A stretch of 64,000 nucleotides of DNA from contig OZ024744.1 of the NCBI GenBank assembly GCA_964016885.1, forward strand, positions 55,800,001 to 55,864,000, written 5' to 3'. Positions 34,675 to 47,962 of the stretch are shown here, piece after piece (position 1 is the stretch's first letter; each line of letters opens with the position of its first letter). The position numbers and the translations under genes were made by a program. Origin of the DNA: Eledone cirrhosa (Eukaryota). The notes under the pieces were generated by a model. That model did no database searches. It worked only from the letters and a program-made list of their open reading frames with translations, and was not told the DNA's origin.

Positions 34675-37600
34675 ATCACTTTACGTCCGCTTTTCCCTGC
34701 TTGCAAGGGTGGGGCGGGTCCTATTCAGCACAGCATCTCCCCACTTGTCACGGTCCTTCGTCATCTCCCCCGTGAGCTTCAGCAATCTGAGGTCTGCTCT
34801 CACCACCTCCGCCCATATTTTTCGTGGTCTTCCTCTACCACGTCTTCCTTCAAATGGCATTTCCTGGCACTTCTTCACCCCTCGGTCATCCTCAATGCGC
34901 ATCACATGTCCATACCATCGCAGTCTCCTCCCCTGCACACTACATTCTATCCCTCTCAGACACAGTTTCTCTCTCAACACATCCATGCTGGGTCGTTTGT
35001 GCACATTTACACTGCACATCCAACGGAGCATGTTTGCCTCATTTCTCTCCAGCCGTCGCATATCCTCTGCAGTTGCTGCCCATGTCTCACTACCATGCAG
35101 CATCGCGCTCCTCACACAGGCATCATATAACCGGCCTTTTGTATGAAGGGAGAAACCCTTCTTTATCAGCAGAGGCAGCAGCTCCCTAAACTTCTTCTAA
35201 CCCATTCTTATTCTAGATACTATGGCCTCGGAATACCCCCCTCCCATGATAATCTGATCTAGGTATCGGAAGCTATCAACCACTTCTATAGCACCCACCT
35301 GCATTTGAAAAATATGTCTATCAATGCGACTTCTGTCTAATTTCCCTTTACATCTACTACATACAAACTTCTCCCGACCTGTTAGTTTACCTGCTATCCC
35401 ACTACACCTCTTGTGTACCCAGGATCTGCATTGTGTGCATTCTATAGAATTTATGCCAGTTCCTTTTCTGCATATCGAACATGGCCATTTGCCTGACAGA
35501 ATCAGGGTTTTGTCCTCTTTTCTACTCATCAACACTTTTGTCTTAGCTAGGTTCACTCTCAGTCCTCTTGCTTCCAACTGCTGTTTCCATAGCCAGAATT
35601 TATTCTCTAGATCCTCTACTGATTCTGCTATAAGAACCAGATCGTCAGCATAGAGAAGTTCCCATGGATAGCCAGTCTTAAACTCCTCTGTATGGCTTGG
35701 AGGACTATAATGAACAAGAGCAGGCTGAGGACCGAACCCTGATGTACTCCTACTTGTATCTGGAATTCCTCATTAAACTCCATTCCTTCCCTCACTTTAC
35801 TGACAGCACCTCTATACAAAGTTTGCACTGTCCTCACAAGCCATTCATCAACACCTAGTTTCCTTAGGGAACACCAGATGACAGATCGGGGTACCCTATC
35901 AAAGGCCTTCTCTAGGTCAACAAAAGCTAAATATAGTGGCTTATTCTTCCCTAAGAACCTCTCTTGTAATTGTCTTACCAAGAAGAGGCATCTGTTGTAC
36001 TTTTCCCAGGCACAAAACCAAACTGCATCTCATCGAGTTTGACCCTTTCTCTAATTAGTTGTGCTAATATCCTTTCTGCCACTTTCATAACCTGATCCAT
36101 CAGTTTATACCCCTATAATTGCTCCTCTCCAGAGCATTCCCTTCACCTTTGAAGCAATTTATGAGAATACTGCTGCACCAGTCTTTGGGTATGACACCGC
36201 TATATATAGCCTGATTGATGATGCGTGCAACCAGTTTAGTGCCTACGTCCCCTGATGCCTTCAGCATCTCAGCAACTATCCCCGACGGTTCAGCGGCCTT
36301 ACCATTTTTCCTTAATTGCCTCTTGGACCCTATATTCGTCAATCTCAATAGCTGGTCCCTCTGTCGGATCTACTGAGGGTAATTTCTCTCTCTCCCATTC
36401 GTTCTCCACATTCATCAGTCTCTCATAATGACATTTTCAGGCCTCCTATTTCTGATCATTTGTGACACTAAGTACACCGGTATCATTCTGGACACATTTA
36501 TTTCCAACAACATCCTGATTTGCATTGAGACACTGCCTTGCAATGTGGAACACCGCATGTCTCTAATCTTCCCGTCGCAGAACATTGGCAAACCTCCCAC
36601 TCTCAGCCTCCCTGCGTGCTAAATACACCTGACATCTAGCTTCTCTCTTAGCGGCTGTATATCCTTCCATACTCCCACCCTTTTTCCAAGGCTTCCATGC
36701 TAGTCTTTTGTCTCTAATGGCCCTATCTACCGTGCTGTTACACCACCAGGTCACTCTCTGTCTGGTTGGAGCTCTGCTCCAGCCACAAGTTTCATCAGTA
36801 GCCTGCAGTAAGTTGTCATGTAAGAAATTCCAGTTATCATCTATGTCATACGACTCAAAATCGTCATCTTTTTCGTCATACACATCTCGAAGGGCTTTCC
36901 TAAATTTGTATTTTAGTGAAGGGTCTTTTAGCTTCCAGACCTTTCTTCTCCACACCTTCTTATATGTCTCATTCCGTCTCTTGCTTACTGAGATATCACT
37001 AATGACTAACCTATGCTGTGGGGGTACATTCTTCCCCAGGGTATGCCTTGGTATTTGACACCATCTGCCTGTCCCGCTGCCTAATTAGTAAGAAGTCAAT
37101 CTGGCTTATGTGCTCACCCGATTTGTAGGTTATTAGGTGGTTGGCAGGTTTCTGGAAGTTAGTGTTGCAAATGGTTAGTGCACTTGCATCACAAAATTCA
37201 AGAATTCTCACTCTTTCTTCATTTCTTGAGCCGTAACCGTGCCCACCATGTACCCCAGTGTAACCACCCTGGAGCTGTCCCACTTGACCATTGAAGTCCC
37301 CTGCTAGCATAACGATGTCTCCATCCTGTCATTGCTGCTGTTTGTAAACGTTGCTTGTAAAAGCAGTCTTTCTCTTCTTTACCTAGGCCTGCTTGGGGAG
37401 CATAGGCCGAGATGATTGTCAGCAGTCTCCTGTCTACAACTAATCTAAGCTTAATTTTTCTATTATTAACTCAAACTACCTCTATTGTCTTATCGATCCA
37501 TCTCTCAGCCAGTAAAATGCCTACTCCCCCTAACTCATCATCCTTACCTACCCAGAAAAGCTTATAACTAAGATGTTTGCCTGCAATTAGTCTCGCAGAG

Positions 37601-37810
37601 GCATCTCACCTCTTGCATGCAGCACACATCCACATGTCTTCTCTCCAGCATCTGTTATTTCACCAGATCTACCCGTTAGAGTGCCAACATTAAGTGTTGC
37701 AACTCAGATGCGACGTCTTCATATTCTTGTTCCTTTCCCTGTAGTGTGATTGCTTGAAGACGGTCGGAGGGTTCTCGCACATGGCCGCACCAGCCACCCA
37801 CTACCGTGCA
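34675..37810 (-). mobile_element. Near full-length RTE LINE (APE endonuclease, RT with internal PHD-type finger), disrupted
   Basis: TLNVGTL, CMQEVR, AGDFNG, SQIDF (APE). NYRGI, FVDLEKAFDRVPR, HQGSVLS, YADD, MLHGSETW, LRWYGH, GRGRPRK (RT). Multiple frameshifts. Confidence 0.95.
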
Positions 37811-39059
37811 CAGCCCTAACATGGTTAGTGTTATTGCTGTTTACGCAGTTATTGTGAGATATATATTTGCTGTGCTCATAATTGTTTTGGCATTGATACA
37901 CTGGTTGGATGCCCTTCTTAACACCAGTGCCACTTTACAGCATGGACTGGGTGCTTTTATTCGTGCCACCAGCACTAGAGAAGACCTCTTACTGGACTCT
38001 TGGGCCATCTCTACCCCTCCATTTTACAGCATGGTCATAACAATAATAATAATAATAGTAACACTATTAATAATTATTAATTAATTGTTTCTACTTTTGG
38101 CACAAGGCCAGCAATTACCCAGTACATTACTGGTACTTTATTTTATCGACCCCGTAAGGATGAAAGGCAAAGTTAACCTTGGAGGGATTTGAACTCAGTC
38201 CGTAAAGGGACGTAACTCTATGCTAGCAAGCATGGCGTCCGACCCTCTACTGATACTGCCAATCCACTGAATGCACTCGTGCAATGCCTGTGCGTGAAGA
38301 ATATTTTTAAAGTGAGGAAAGACTGTGCACTGAGCCAATCCCACTCTCTGAGCGACAGTAGCTATAACCCGAAAAGAAGAAAAGAGATCAAAATCATCGG
38401 TAACTACTGAGCAGCAACTTTTATGTTGGAGTTAACCCAGTTTCCTGAGATCCCTTCTAGAAGAATGCCCCGACAAGGGCTAGGAGTCCTTCACTCCAGT
38501 GGTTTAACTGCGCGATCGGGTGTCCAGCCTGATTATTTCTATGTCTCTGCGCAAAAAAAAGAAAATAATTGTTTCTACTTTTGGCACAAGGCCAGTAACT
38601 ATCCCAGTGTATTACTGGTACTTTATTTCATCGACCCCGTAAGGATGAAAGGCAAAGTTAACCTCGGCGGGATTTGGACTCGGATCATAATAATAATTGT
38701 TTCTACTTTAGGCACAAGGCCAGCAAATACCCAGTACATTACTGGTACTTTATTTTATCGACCCCGTAAGGATGAAAGGCAAAGCTAACCTCAGCGGGAT
38801 TTGAACTCAGAATGACAAGGGCTGTAACTATGCGTCAAAGCATGGCATCCGACCCTCTACCGATACTGACAATTCACTAATAATAATGATCTCTTATTGA
38901 CACGCATACGTACGACACTCACACACACACCAGTACTCATGCATACAAACACACACACGCCACTCACACACACACACCCACACCAACACTCATGCATACA
39001 AACACACACACGCCACTCACTTACACATCCACATACATATATTACCGTCATTACTGATA

Positions 39060-39460
39060 CAAGATCAGGTGCCTTCTGTATAGGGTCACATCTGTAGAGG
39101 AGTCTGGTGAGAATAACGGCCCTGTACACCTTGAGCTTGGTGGACTACCTGATGTTGTGCTGGTTCAGGACGAGTGTCTTCAGGTTGCCGAGGGCTTGAC
39201 TGGCCTTGCAGATCCTGGCGTTTATCTCCTTATCGAGGCTTCCATCGCTGCTGATGACACTGTCGAGGTACTTGAAGTCGCCCACCGTGTTTAGCTGGGT
39301 GCCTCCGATGGAGATGGAAGGAGGGTGGGCGATAGAGGCAGGTGCAGGCTGGAACATGACCTCAGTCTTGCCAAGGCTAATTGTGAGAAGAGGCAGGAAG
39401 CCTCCGCGAACTTGTTGACGATGACTTGGAGGTCAGACTCACTGTGGGCCATGAGTAAAC
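39060..39460 (-). mobile_element. BovB-like RTE RT C-terminal fragment, GC-rich
   Basis: QPAP....PPSISIGGTQL..V.DFKYL.S.IS.DG.LD.EINARI.KASQA.G.L...V.....I..STKLKVYRAV.LT.LLY. Confidence 0.8.
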
Positions 39461-39582
39461 AGTCTAGAATTCAAATTCTTCGTTTTTCTCTCGGACTTTC
39501 AATTAATATTTTACATGTTTCTAATAATATACCTCATTCTGTTGGACCCTTCCTAAAAAAAAAAACCTTCTAAAGTTACCCA

Positions 39583-41052
39583 TAGCGGAGAGCTATACAA
39601 GCCATGTATAAAGAAACAGTAAGGTTAGAATTAACAATGAATATTGTGAAGAATTTAGTGTAAAAGTTGGTGTTCATCAAGGCTGTCCTTAGACCTCTCC
39701 TATTTATTATTGCTCTTCAGGCTATAACAGAGGAGTTTAAGACCGGCTGCCCATGAGAACTCCTATATGCAGATGATCTAACTCTCATAGCTGAATCTAT
39801 GGCTGAACTAGAATCCAAAGGCCTTAAAGTTAACTTGTCTAAGACTAAAGTTCTAGTTTGTAGAAAGGAAAATAGGGCACAGGTGCCCTCAGGGAAACGG
39901 CCATGCTCAGTGTGTAGGAAAGGAGTAGGCAGAAATTCAATTTTATGTCCCAAAGGCAAACTATAGGTACATAAAAGATGTAGTGGGATCACAGGTAAAC
40001 TATCTAAGAATGTAGACTTTATATGTGGTTGATGCTCAGGTGCAATAAGTAGCAAGTGCTGGATACTGGCTCCTATTGCCCAGCTGGTTCTATAGAAATA
40101 GTGGACACTTTCTGTTACCTGGGTGACAAAAATCAGCAGTGGTGGAGGGTGCTCTGAAAGTACAGTAGCCAGAGTCAAAACGAGATGGAAAAAGTTCAGA
40201 GAGCTTATACCGCTGTTGGCCACAAAAGATTTCTCTCTAAAAATGAAAGGCAGACTGTATGATACCTGCATACGAACAGCAATGTTACATGGCAGTGAGA
40301 CCTGGGCATTGTGTGCAGAGGATATACGCAGACTGGAGAGGAACGAAGCTTGCATGCTCCGTTGGATGTGTAATAGTAATATACGTGAACGGCAAAGCAT
40401 AAATGAACTAAATGAGAAATTAGGAATAAGAGGGATCAGATGCTGTTTACTTGAGAGAAGGCTACGTTGGTACGGTCACGTGATGCGCATGAAAGACGAC
40501 AACTGTATAAAAAAGTGCAGGGCGATCAAAATGGATGGAAGCTACGGAGTAGGTAGACCCAGAAAAACCTGGGATGATTTAATAAATTCCGACCTTACAC
40601 ACTTGCACCTCTCCAAGACGATGTCACTGGACCGAGATCTTTGGCACTACGCAGTAATAGAGAAGACCCGCCTTGCCTAAGTACAAAGCGGATCCTACAG
40701 TCAGCAGGCACCTCTTAACCAAATATACACCCCAATCCACTACTCCTACCCTATCCTCCCACTCCCACAACATCCAGTCCAAATAAATGAGATAATGAGA
40801 TCGTGTAGGTGTCACAATAAAAAAACACAGTCCACGCTGTAATGTGGCCGTGTAGGTAACACGGTAAAAAGTTCCCAGTTCCACACTGTAAATGTGGTTG
40901 GTGTTAGGAAGAGCATCCAGCCGTAGAAAACCTGCCAGATAGTCCTATATGAACGAGACACGGTCACCTGACCAACCGTGCCTCAAATGGGACAACTCCC
41001 GTCTAACCCATGCTAGCGTGGAAGATGGACGTTAAACAAAGATGATGATGAT
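39583..41052 (+). mobile_element. RTE LINE 3' half with tail
   Basis: HQG, YADD, Cys insert, 185-aa C-terminal ORF (40123-40680), tail ending (gat)n. Confidence 0.93.
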
Positions 41053-41261
41053 GAAATAAAGATTGCTCTGGGAAAAAATATATGGAATATTTGTGTAGCT
41101 TTCACAGCTTGAGTCAGGACATTTCCACGAGTCCAGTGAGCAAATATTTTGATGTTTCAGAATACAAAAATTAATCAACTTACCCCCATGAAAAACTGCG
41201 CGTGTTGTCCAATCTATAAGCTCCCTATATATAAATACATATACAGTATATCATCATTGCT

Positions 41262-41590
41262 TTTACGTCCCTTTTTGCATGCTTGCATGGGTTGAACAGG
41301 TTCTTCTCAGCACAGGATCTCTACACTCGTGTTCTTTCACCATCTCTTCAGTAAGTCTCAGCGATTTGAAGTCAGCTCTCAAACTCTGCCCAGTTCTTTC
41401 TCGATCTACTTCTACTGTGGGTTCCTTCCACTGGGATTTCCTGACACTTCTTCACCCAGTGATCATTATCCATGTGCATCACATATCCGTACCAACAGTC
41501 CTCTCCTGCACACCGCCTCAGATTCCTCCTAAACCCAGTCTCTCTCAGTTCACAAAAGCTTTGCTTTTCTTTCACATTTACATTGCACAT
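41262..41590 (-). mobile_element. Degraded RTE 3' fragment
   Basis: WYGYVMHM..DHWVKKC.EIPVEG. Confidence 0.75.
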
Positions 41591-42199
41591 ACGATGAGAG
41601 TAGGCAGAAAGTAATGTATTCTAATAAAGGGAAATAACTCCAAGATATAAATTTGAAATAGTGAATTCATAACATGGTTTCTATGGCTGGATGCTCTTCC
41701 TAACACCAACCACTTTACAAGGTGTACTAGGAGCATTTTATCGTGACTCCAACATTATCATCCAGGGTTGACTGGGTGCTTTTTGTCATGGCACCAGCAT
41801 TACCATCTTACAAGGGGGACTGGGTGTTTTTGTTATCTCACCAGCATTATTTCATTACAGTGCTTGGATGCTCAGTGTACATGGCCGTTTTGAAGAAGTG
41901 GGTTGAGGCATTACATTGCTGGGGGGGTCATGGTGGTGTCCAGCTTCCCTTGGTGACTTAAAAAGTGGGCCTTTATAGACTGTTACGGGTAAATGTTGTG
42001 GGTGCAAGAGTTCAGCAGGGAAGATGAATCAGTCAAGGTTCCTCCTAGATGTCCATGCTAGCATGGGTTGGGCAAAGAAGTCAGGAGTATATTGGCAGGT
42101 GAGGACCTGAAAGTTGTTCTATCTCTCTGCTTCAAATTTAGGTTTAGGGAGGTAAATGGGTCAGCCATCCTTGTGCTGTTTCATTCCACTTGCATGGGA

Positions 42200-42790
42200 A
42201 GGCAAGTTTCTCGTATTACAGAATATCACCAGTTTTCTTGTTCCTGGGTCATCTTTGTGAGGTTCAGCAATATGAGGTCAGCCTTCACCACATCATCTCA
42301 GGTTTTCCTAGGTATTTCTCTTCCAAGGGTTCTCTTGACTGAGTGCTCTGCATGTTTTATGCAGCTATCATCCTTCATATGCATCACATGTCCATACCAT
42401 CACAGTCTCCTCTCTTGCACACTGCACCTGATGCCTCTTATGCCCAGTTTTTCTCTTAGCTCATTCATACTCATATATACCTGCATTACACATCCACCGA
42501 AGCATACTCACCTCATTTCTTTCCAATTTTGAGTCCTCCAAACCCAAGCTCAGAGTTTCATTAACATGTAGCATTGCTGTTCATATGCAAGCATCATACA
42601 ATCTGCCTTTCACTCTGAGCGAGAGATCCTTTGTAGCTAGCAGTGGTGATAGCTCCCTGAACTTTTTCCAATCACTCCTTACTCTGGCTACTGTACTTTC
42701 ATATAGTCACCCTCACTGATCATTTGTCCCCTAGATAGCAGAAGCTGTCAACTATTTCTAGGGAGCACTCTAGACATTTATGTCCTCTAC
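42200..42790 (-). mobile_element. Degraded RTE RT C-terminal fragment
   Basis: Reverse strand reads IVDSFCYLG, WKKFRELSPLL, KGRLYDACI, RRL.WYGHVM. Confidence 0.8.
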
Positions 42791-45247
42791 ATGTTTGTTT
42801 CCTCCTGTGCACATGGGAATGTGGGTCTTCTATTTATATATACAGTATAATGCCAGAGATCTTGATCTTGTGACATCTCCTTTGTCAAGTTTAATTGGGC
42901 ATGACCAGCTGTTATCACTATATTTCATCATCATCATTTAACATTCACTCTTCCTGCTAGCATGGAGTACTGAGTCAGTACTGAAGCATGGCCAACAACC
43001 TCACAGACAGGCTGGGAGTTCACATATTGCTTACATACATTTCTGCAATCTACCAAGTGCCTTTTATGGTGGCACCAGCATTAGAAAGGCTGTCATGTCT
43101 TTGACACAACTGGAGGGTCTTCCCTACCTTTTGTTTGGTAAGTTTTCTATGGTTAGAAGCCCTTTCTATCACTTGCTACTTTACAAGGTGTACTGGGTGC
43201 TTTTATCATGTAGATCTCCAACACTAGAAAGGCTGTTGTGCCATTGACACAACTGAAGGGTCCTCTCAACCTTTTGTTTGGCAAGCTTTCTGCAGTTAGA
43301 TGCCCATTCAATCACCAACCACTTTACAATGTGTATTATAATTATACATATTATGAAACATGTAGAGGACACTAGTCTACACCAATCTCCTCTCCACCCC
43401 TCAACTTCCTTATTTGTTCCTTCTCCCAAACCCTAATTTCCCACCCCAGATACACCTCTCCTGCCTAACTCCATGTATACGAGCATGGAAAGCTGGACAC
43501 ACTCCACATCTGATCTTACATAATGTGATTCCAATTACAAAAAGCATTAAGTCCAACTTGTATGGTGATCTAGTGCCACAAAAATAAAAGCACCCAGTCT
43601 ACCCTGTAAGGTAGTTGTGCTGGCGACAACAAAAAGCATTCAGTCCACTTTATAAGCTGGTTATGCTCATATTGTAAGGTGGTTAGCGTCAGGGAGCCAT
43701 AGAAACCATATCAAAATAAAGATCCATGTGAGCAAGACATGGTTCATGATTTCCTGACCTGAATTGTCTCATAATGTAACAAATTGTCTAACCCATTCAA
43801 GCATATGAAAATGGACATTAAATGATGATAATGATATGCGTGTATATATGTATATATCTTCATCATCACTGTTTAACATTCATTTCCCACTTTAGCATGG
43901 GTTAAATGAGTTGTCCCATTATGAGACAAGTCAAATCAGGTGCGTCTTATTCAAAAAGTTGGCAGTTGTGCAATTCTTAGTTGGCAAGGTTCATGAAAAT
44001 TAGGTGGACTTTTGTTGTTTCCACCAATTCCAAATATATATCTCGAAGTTGGAGATTTCAGAACTTATCCCAGTTTTATTGGTGTTATGCAACTAAGAAT
44101 ACAAGAACTCCCTTGTTGCCAATCCTCATGGATAGGATGCCAGCCAACCACAGGGGTAGCTCCCAGCTGCTGTTGGTACTTGTTTCCAGCTAAGTTGATT
44201 GGAGCAAGGTAAAGTGTTGTGCTCAAGTACACATGCTACTTGGTCCAGGAATCAAACCCACAGCATTATGATTGTGGGTCCAACATCCTAACCACTGCAC
44301 ACACAGTGTAGTTCATATGTTGTAGGGGTGTGTGAAACCACGTCTAGCCACGGAGCTTATATAAAATTAGGTGCAGAGCATGTGTGTATGTTCCTCCCTA
44401 TACATTATTTTATAGTGTTGAAAAGTCAACTCTTGTTACTAAACTGTGTGTGTGTGTATGTCAGGATATATATAAATTTATATATGTGTGTGTGTGAGTA
44501 GATGTGCTTGTATTCATTTAAACTTATTAAAATAAAGAGACAAGTAAAAAAACAACTAAATATATAAACAAATAAAAGTACTCTTGAACAATTTCTGTAT
44601 TTTCCATCAATCTGGGAGTAGTTAGAATCTGATATAGACCCATGGGAAATATATTCCAATTTAAATAGCCATAACTAACACACACAGAGTTATTCCCCCT
44701 TCCCCCTCTCTCTCTCAGACACACACATATACTTATTCCTTCTCTTACTCTCATTCCAACACTTAAATTTCTGAACCAGATGCAACAAATAGTAAAGCAA
44801 TTTGATTAGAGAACATATCCTAACAGGATTCTAAGAAAAGTTCAAGGATCAAAGTCTGGCACTTAACTCTTATGCCTGTATTTCTAACAAAATACATCCT
44901 ATTTCAATTAGTTAATGGAGAATTTTGAGTGATTTACTAAAATTATTAATGATTTCATTACTAAGATGGTAACTTAACATATGGTTTGATATAAAATTAA
45001 GTTGGAAGAATTTCATTTAAATAGGAACTCTTTAAAATGGGTGATTTTGTTTTACAGAACTAGCATTAATTTTAGCTAGGTTGGTATTAAAAAAGTTACA
45101 TAGGAACCATATAAAATGGGTGATTTGATTTCACAGAACCAGACTTAAGGGCTAATTTGGATCTGTAGCAGGCGACGTCATCATATTTCCATCAACTGTT
45201 CTACATTGTATGGGTTGGGTGTGGCACCAACCTATACTTATTTTTAA

Positions 45248-45650
45248 GTGGCCTAATGGTAAGGGTGCTGGATCATAATGTCATGGGTTTGATTCCTTGA
45301 TTGGGTGGTGTGTTGTATTCTTGAGCAAAATACTTCATTTCACGTTGCTCCAGTATACTCAGCTGAAAATGAGTACCGGCAATAACTGGGGGTTTAACCC
45401 TGCAATGGACTGGCGTCCTGTACTATAGTTCACTTCATACCACGGAAACTGGGACAAACACTGGCCCAATGAGTCTCCGGGCTCAGCAGACTTTCGACAT
45501 ATATACCGGAGGCACATTGCTTAATGGTTAGAGCATTGGCCTTGCAATCGAAAGGTTGTGAGATTAATTCTCAGACCAGGTAATGTGTTGTTTCCTTGAG
45601 CAAGACACTTTATTTCACATTGCTCCAGTTTACTCAGCTGTAGAAATGAG
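45248..45650 (+). mobile_element. Two tandem copies of a second tRNA-derived SINE family
   Basis: A-box-like gtggcctaatggt, B-box-like gggtttgattcc and body tgttgt.t.cttgagcaagacactt.atttcacattgctccagt..actcagctg. Other copies are at about 410, 10245, 44130 (-) and 57230 (-). Confidence 0.75.
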
Positions 45651-46541
45651 ATGATAGGACTAGGGTCCATATCATTCCACTGCAAAGTGGTTGTGGAGGT
45701 GCCATGGCAAAAAAGCACTCAGCAGTCTATATAAATGAGGTTGGTGTTAGGAAGGGCATCCAGCCAGAATCAGTTCCCGTCCCACCCTTGCAAGCAGGGA
45801 AAAGTGGACGTAAAATGATGATGATGAGGATACGGCTAATCTTTGTAAAACCAATTGGCTTCAGGATATATTGTTTATGTGGGACATAAATAGTGTCAAT
45901 ATTAAAGACATAGGGATTGAAACACACACATATACAAAGTTATACATGATGAGCTCCCACAAAGTTTCTATTTACCAAATTCACTCACAAAATATTGGTC
46001 AGCCTGTAGCTACTGTAGAAGACATTTGTCCAATATGCTACTGTGGGATCAAACTCAAAACAACATGGCTGTAAAGCATACTAAATGCTAACAGTATACT
46101 GCCAGCATTCTTAAAAAAAAAAAATAAGGTATGGGTTAGTATCTGGCTGTAAAAAACATGCCTCAGAAAATATCCCCATTCATGCTTGTGAAAAGTGGAT
46201 GTAAAAATGGTGGTGGTGGGTGCTATGCAATCAACTGAACAGTGTTTTTCTTTTATCATTTAGTCAAGGGGAAGGGGTGAAGAGGAGAATAAATGCTTGT
46301 ATTGATTTGTCATTTATGTCCATTTTTCTATGCACCCATTTGCTAATATTTATTATACTAGTAACTTCTAAATGTAAACTTTTCATTTGATTCAACTAGC
46401 ATTCTCTTCAGCCTTATCTATTGTATATATATCCCTGTCTTTTTTTACAAGTCATACAGACATTTTGTATATTGTTCTAGTAGAAATACTTGTTTGTATT
46501 CACCTTTACAGTTTATTTTGTATGGTTATTTCGTTGTGGTA

Positions 46542-47962
46542 CATCATCATCATCATCGTTTAACGTCCATTTTCCACGCTAGTCAGCAAGGTTGGTTGGG
46601 TGACCGTGTCTCGCTCATATAGGACTATCTGGCAGGTTTTGTGTGGCTGGATGCCCTTCCTAACACCAACCACATTTACAGTGTGGAACTGGGAACATTT
46701 TACCGTGTTACCTACACGGCCACATTACAGTATGGACTGTGTGTTTTTTGTCGTGACACCTACACGACCTCATTAGTTTGGACTGGATGTTGTGGTCCCA
46801 AGATATCTTTACAGAGAAAGGGTGGTGTTGGTGGGAATGGGAGGATGGAGTAGGGGTAGTGGGTTGGGGTGTATATTTGGTTAAGAGGTGCCTACTGACT
46901 AGGTTTCGCTTTGTACATAGGCAAGGCGGGTCTTCTGTATTACTGCGTGGTGCCAAAGATCTCGGTCCAGTGACATTGTCTTAGAGAGGTGCAAGTGTGC
47001 AAAGTTGGAATTTATCAAATCGTCCCAAGTTTTTCTGGGTCTGCCTACTCCGTAACTTCCATTAATTTTGATCACACTGTACTTTTTTAATACAGCTGTT
47101 GTCTTTCATGCGCATCACGTGACCATACCAACGTAGTCTTCTCTCAAGTAAACAACATCTGATCCCTCTTATTCCTAATTTCTCACTTAGTTCATTTATG
47201 CTTTGCCGTTCACGTATATTACTATTACACATCCAACGGAGCATGCATGCTTCATTCCTTTCCAGTCTGCGCAGGTCCTCTGCACATAATGCCCATGTTT
47301 CACTGTCACGTAACATTGCTGTTCGTATGCAGGCATCACACAATCTTTCATTTTTAGAGAGAAACCTTTCGTGGCCAACAGCGGTATAAGCTCTCTGAAC
47401 TTTTTCTGACTGGCTTCTGTACTTTCAGAGCACCCTCCACCACTGCTGATTTTGTCACCCAGGTAATAGAAAGTGTCCACTATTTCTATAGAACCATCTG
47501 GGCAATAGAAGGAGCTAGTATCCTGTGGGCACTTGCTACTTATTGCACCTGAGCATCGGCCACATATAAAATCTACGTTCTTAGATAGTTTACCTGTGAT
47601 CCCACTACATCTTTTATGTACCCATAGTTTGCATTTGGGGTATAAAATGGAATTTCTACCTACTCCTTTCCTACACACTGAGCATGGCCATTTCCCAGAG
47701 AGCACTTGTGCCCTATTTTCCTTTCTACATACTAGAACTTTAGTCTTAGACAAGTTAACTTTAAGGCCTTTTGATTCTAGGCCATGCTCCCATGTTCGGA
47801 ATTTCTTCTCTAGTTCAGCTATAGATTCAGCTATGAGAGTTAGATCATCTGCATATAGAAGTTCCCATGGGCAGCCGGTCTTGAACTCCTCTGTTATAGC
47901 CTGAAGGGCAATAATAAACAGGAGGGGTTAAGGACAGAGCCTTGATGAACACCAACTTTTAC
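46542..47962 (-). mobile_element. RTE LINE 3' half with tail (inverted relative of 39583-41052)
   Basis: Same translation (KWPCSVCRKGVGRNS, WMCNSNIRERQSINEL) and the same 3' UTR on the opposite strand. Confidence 0.93.
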
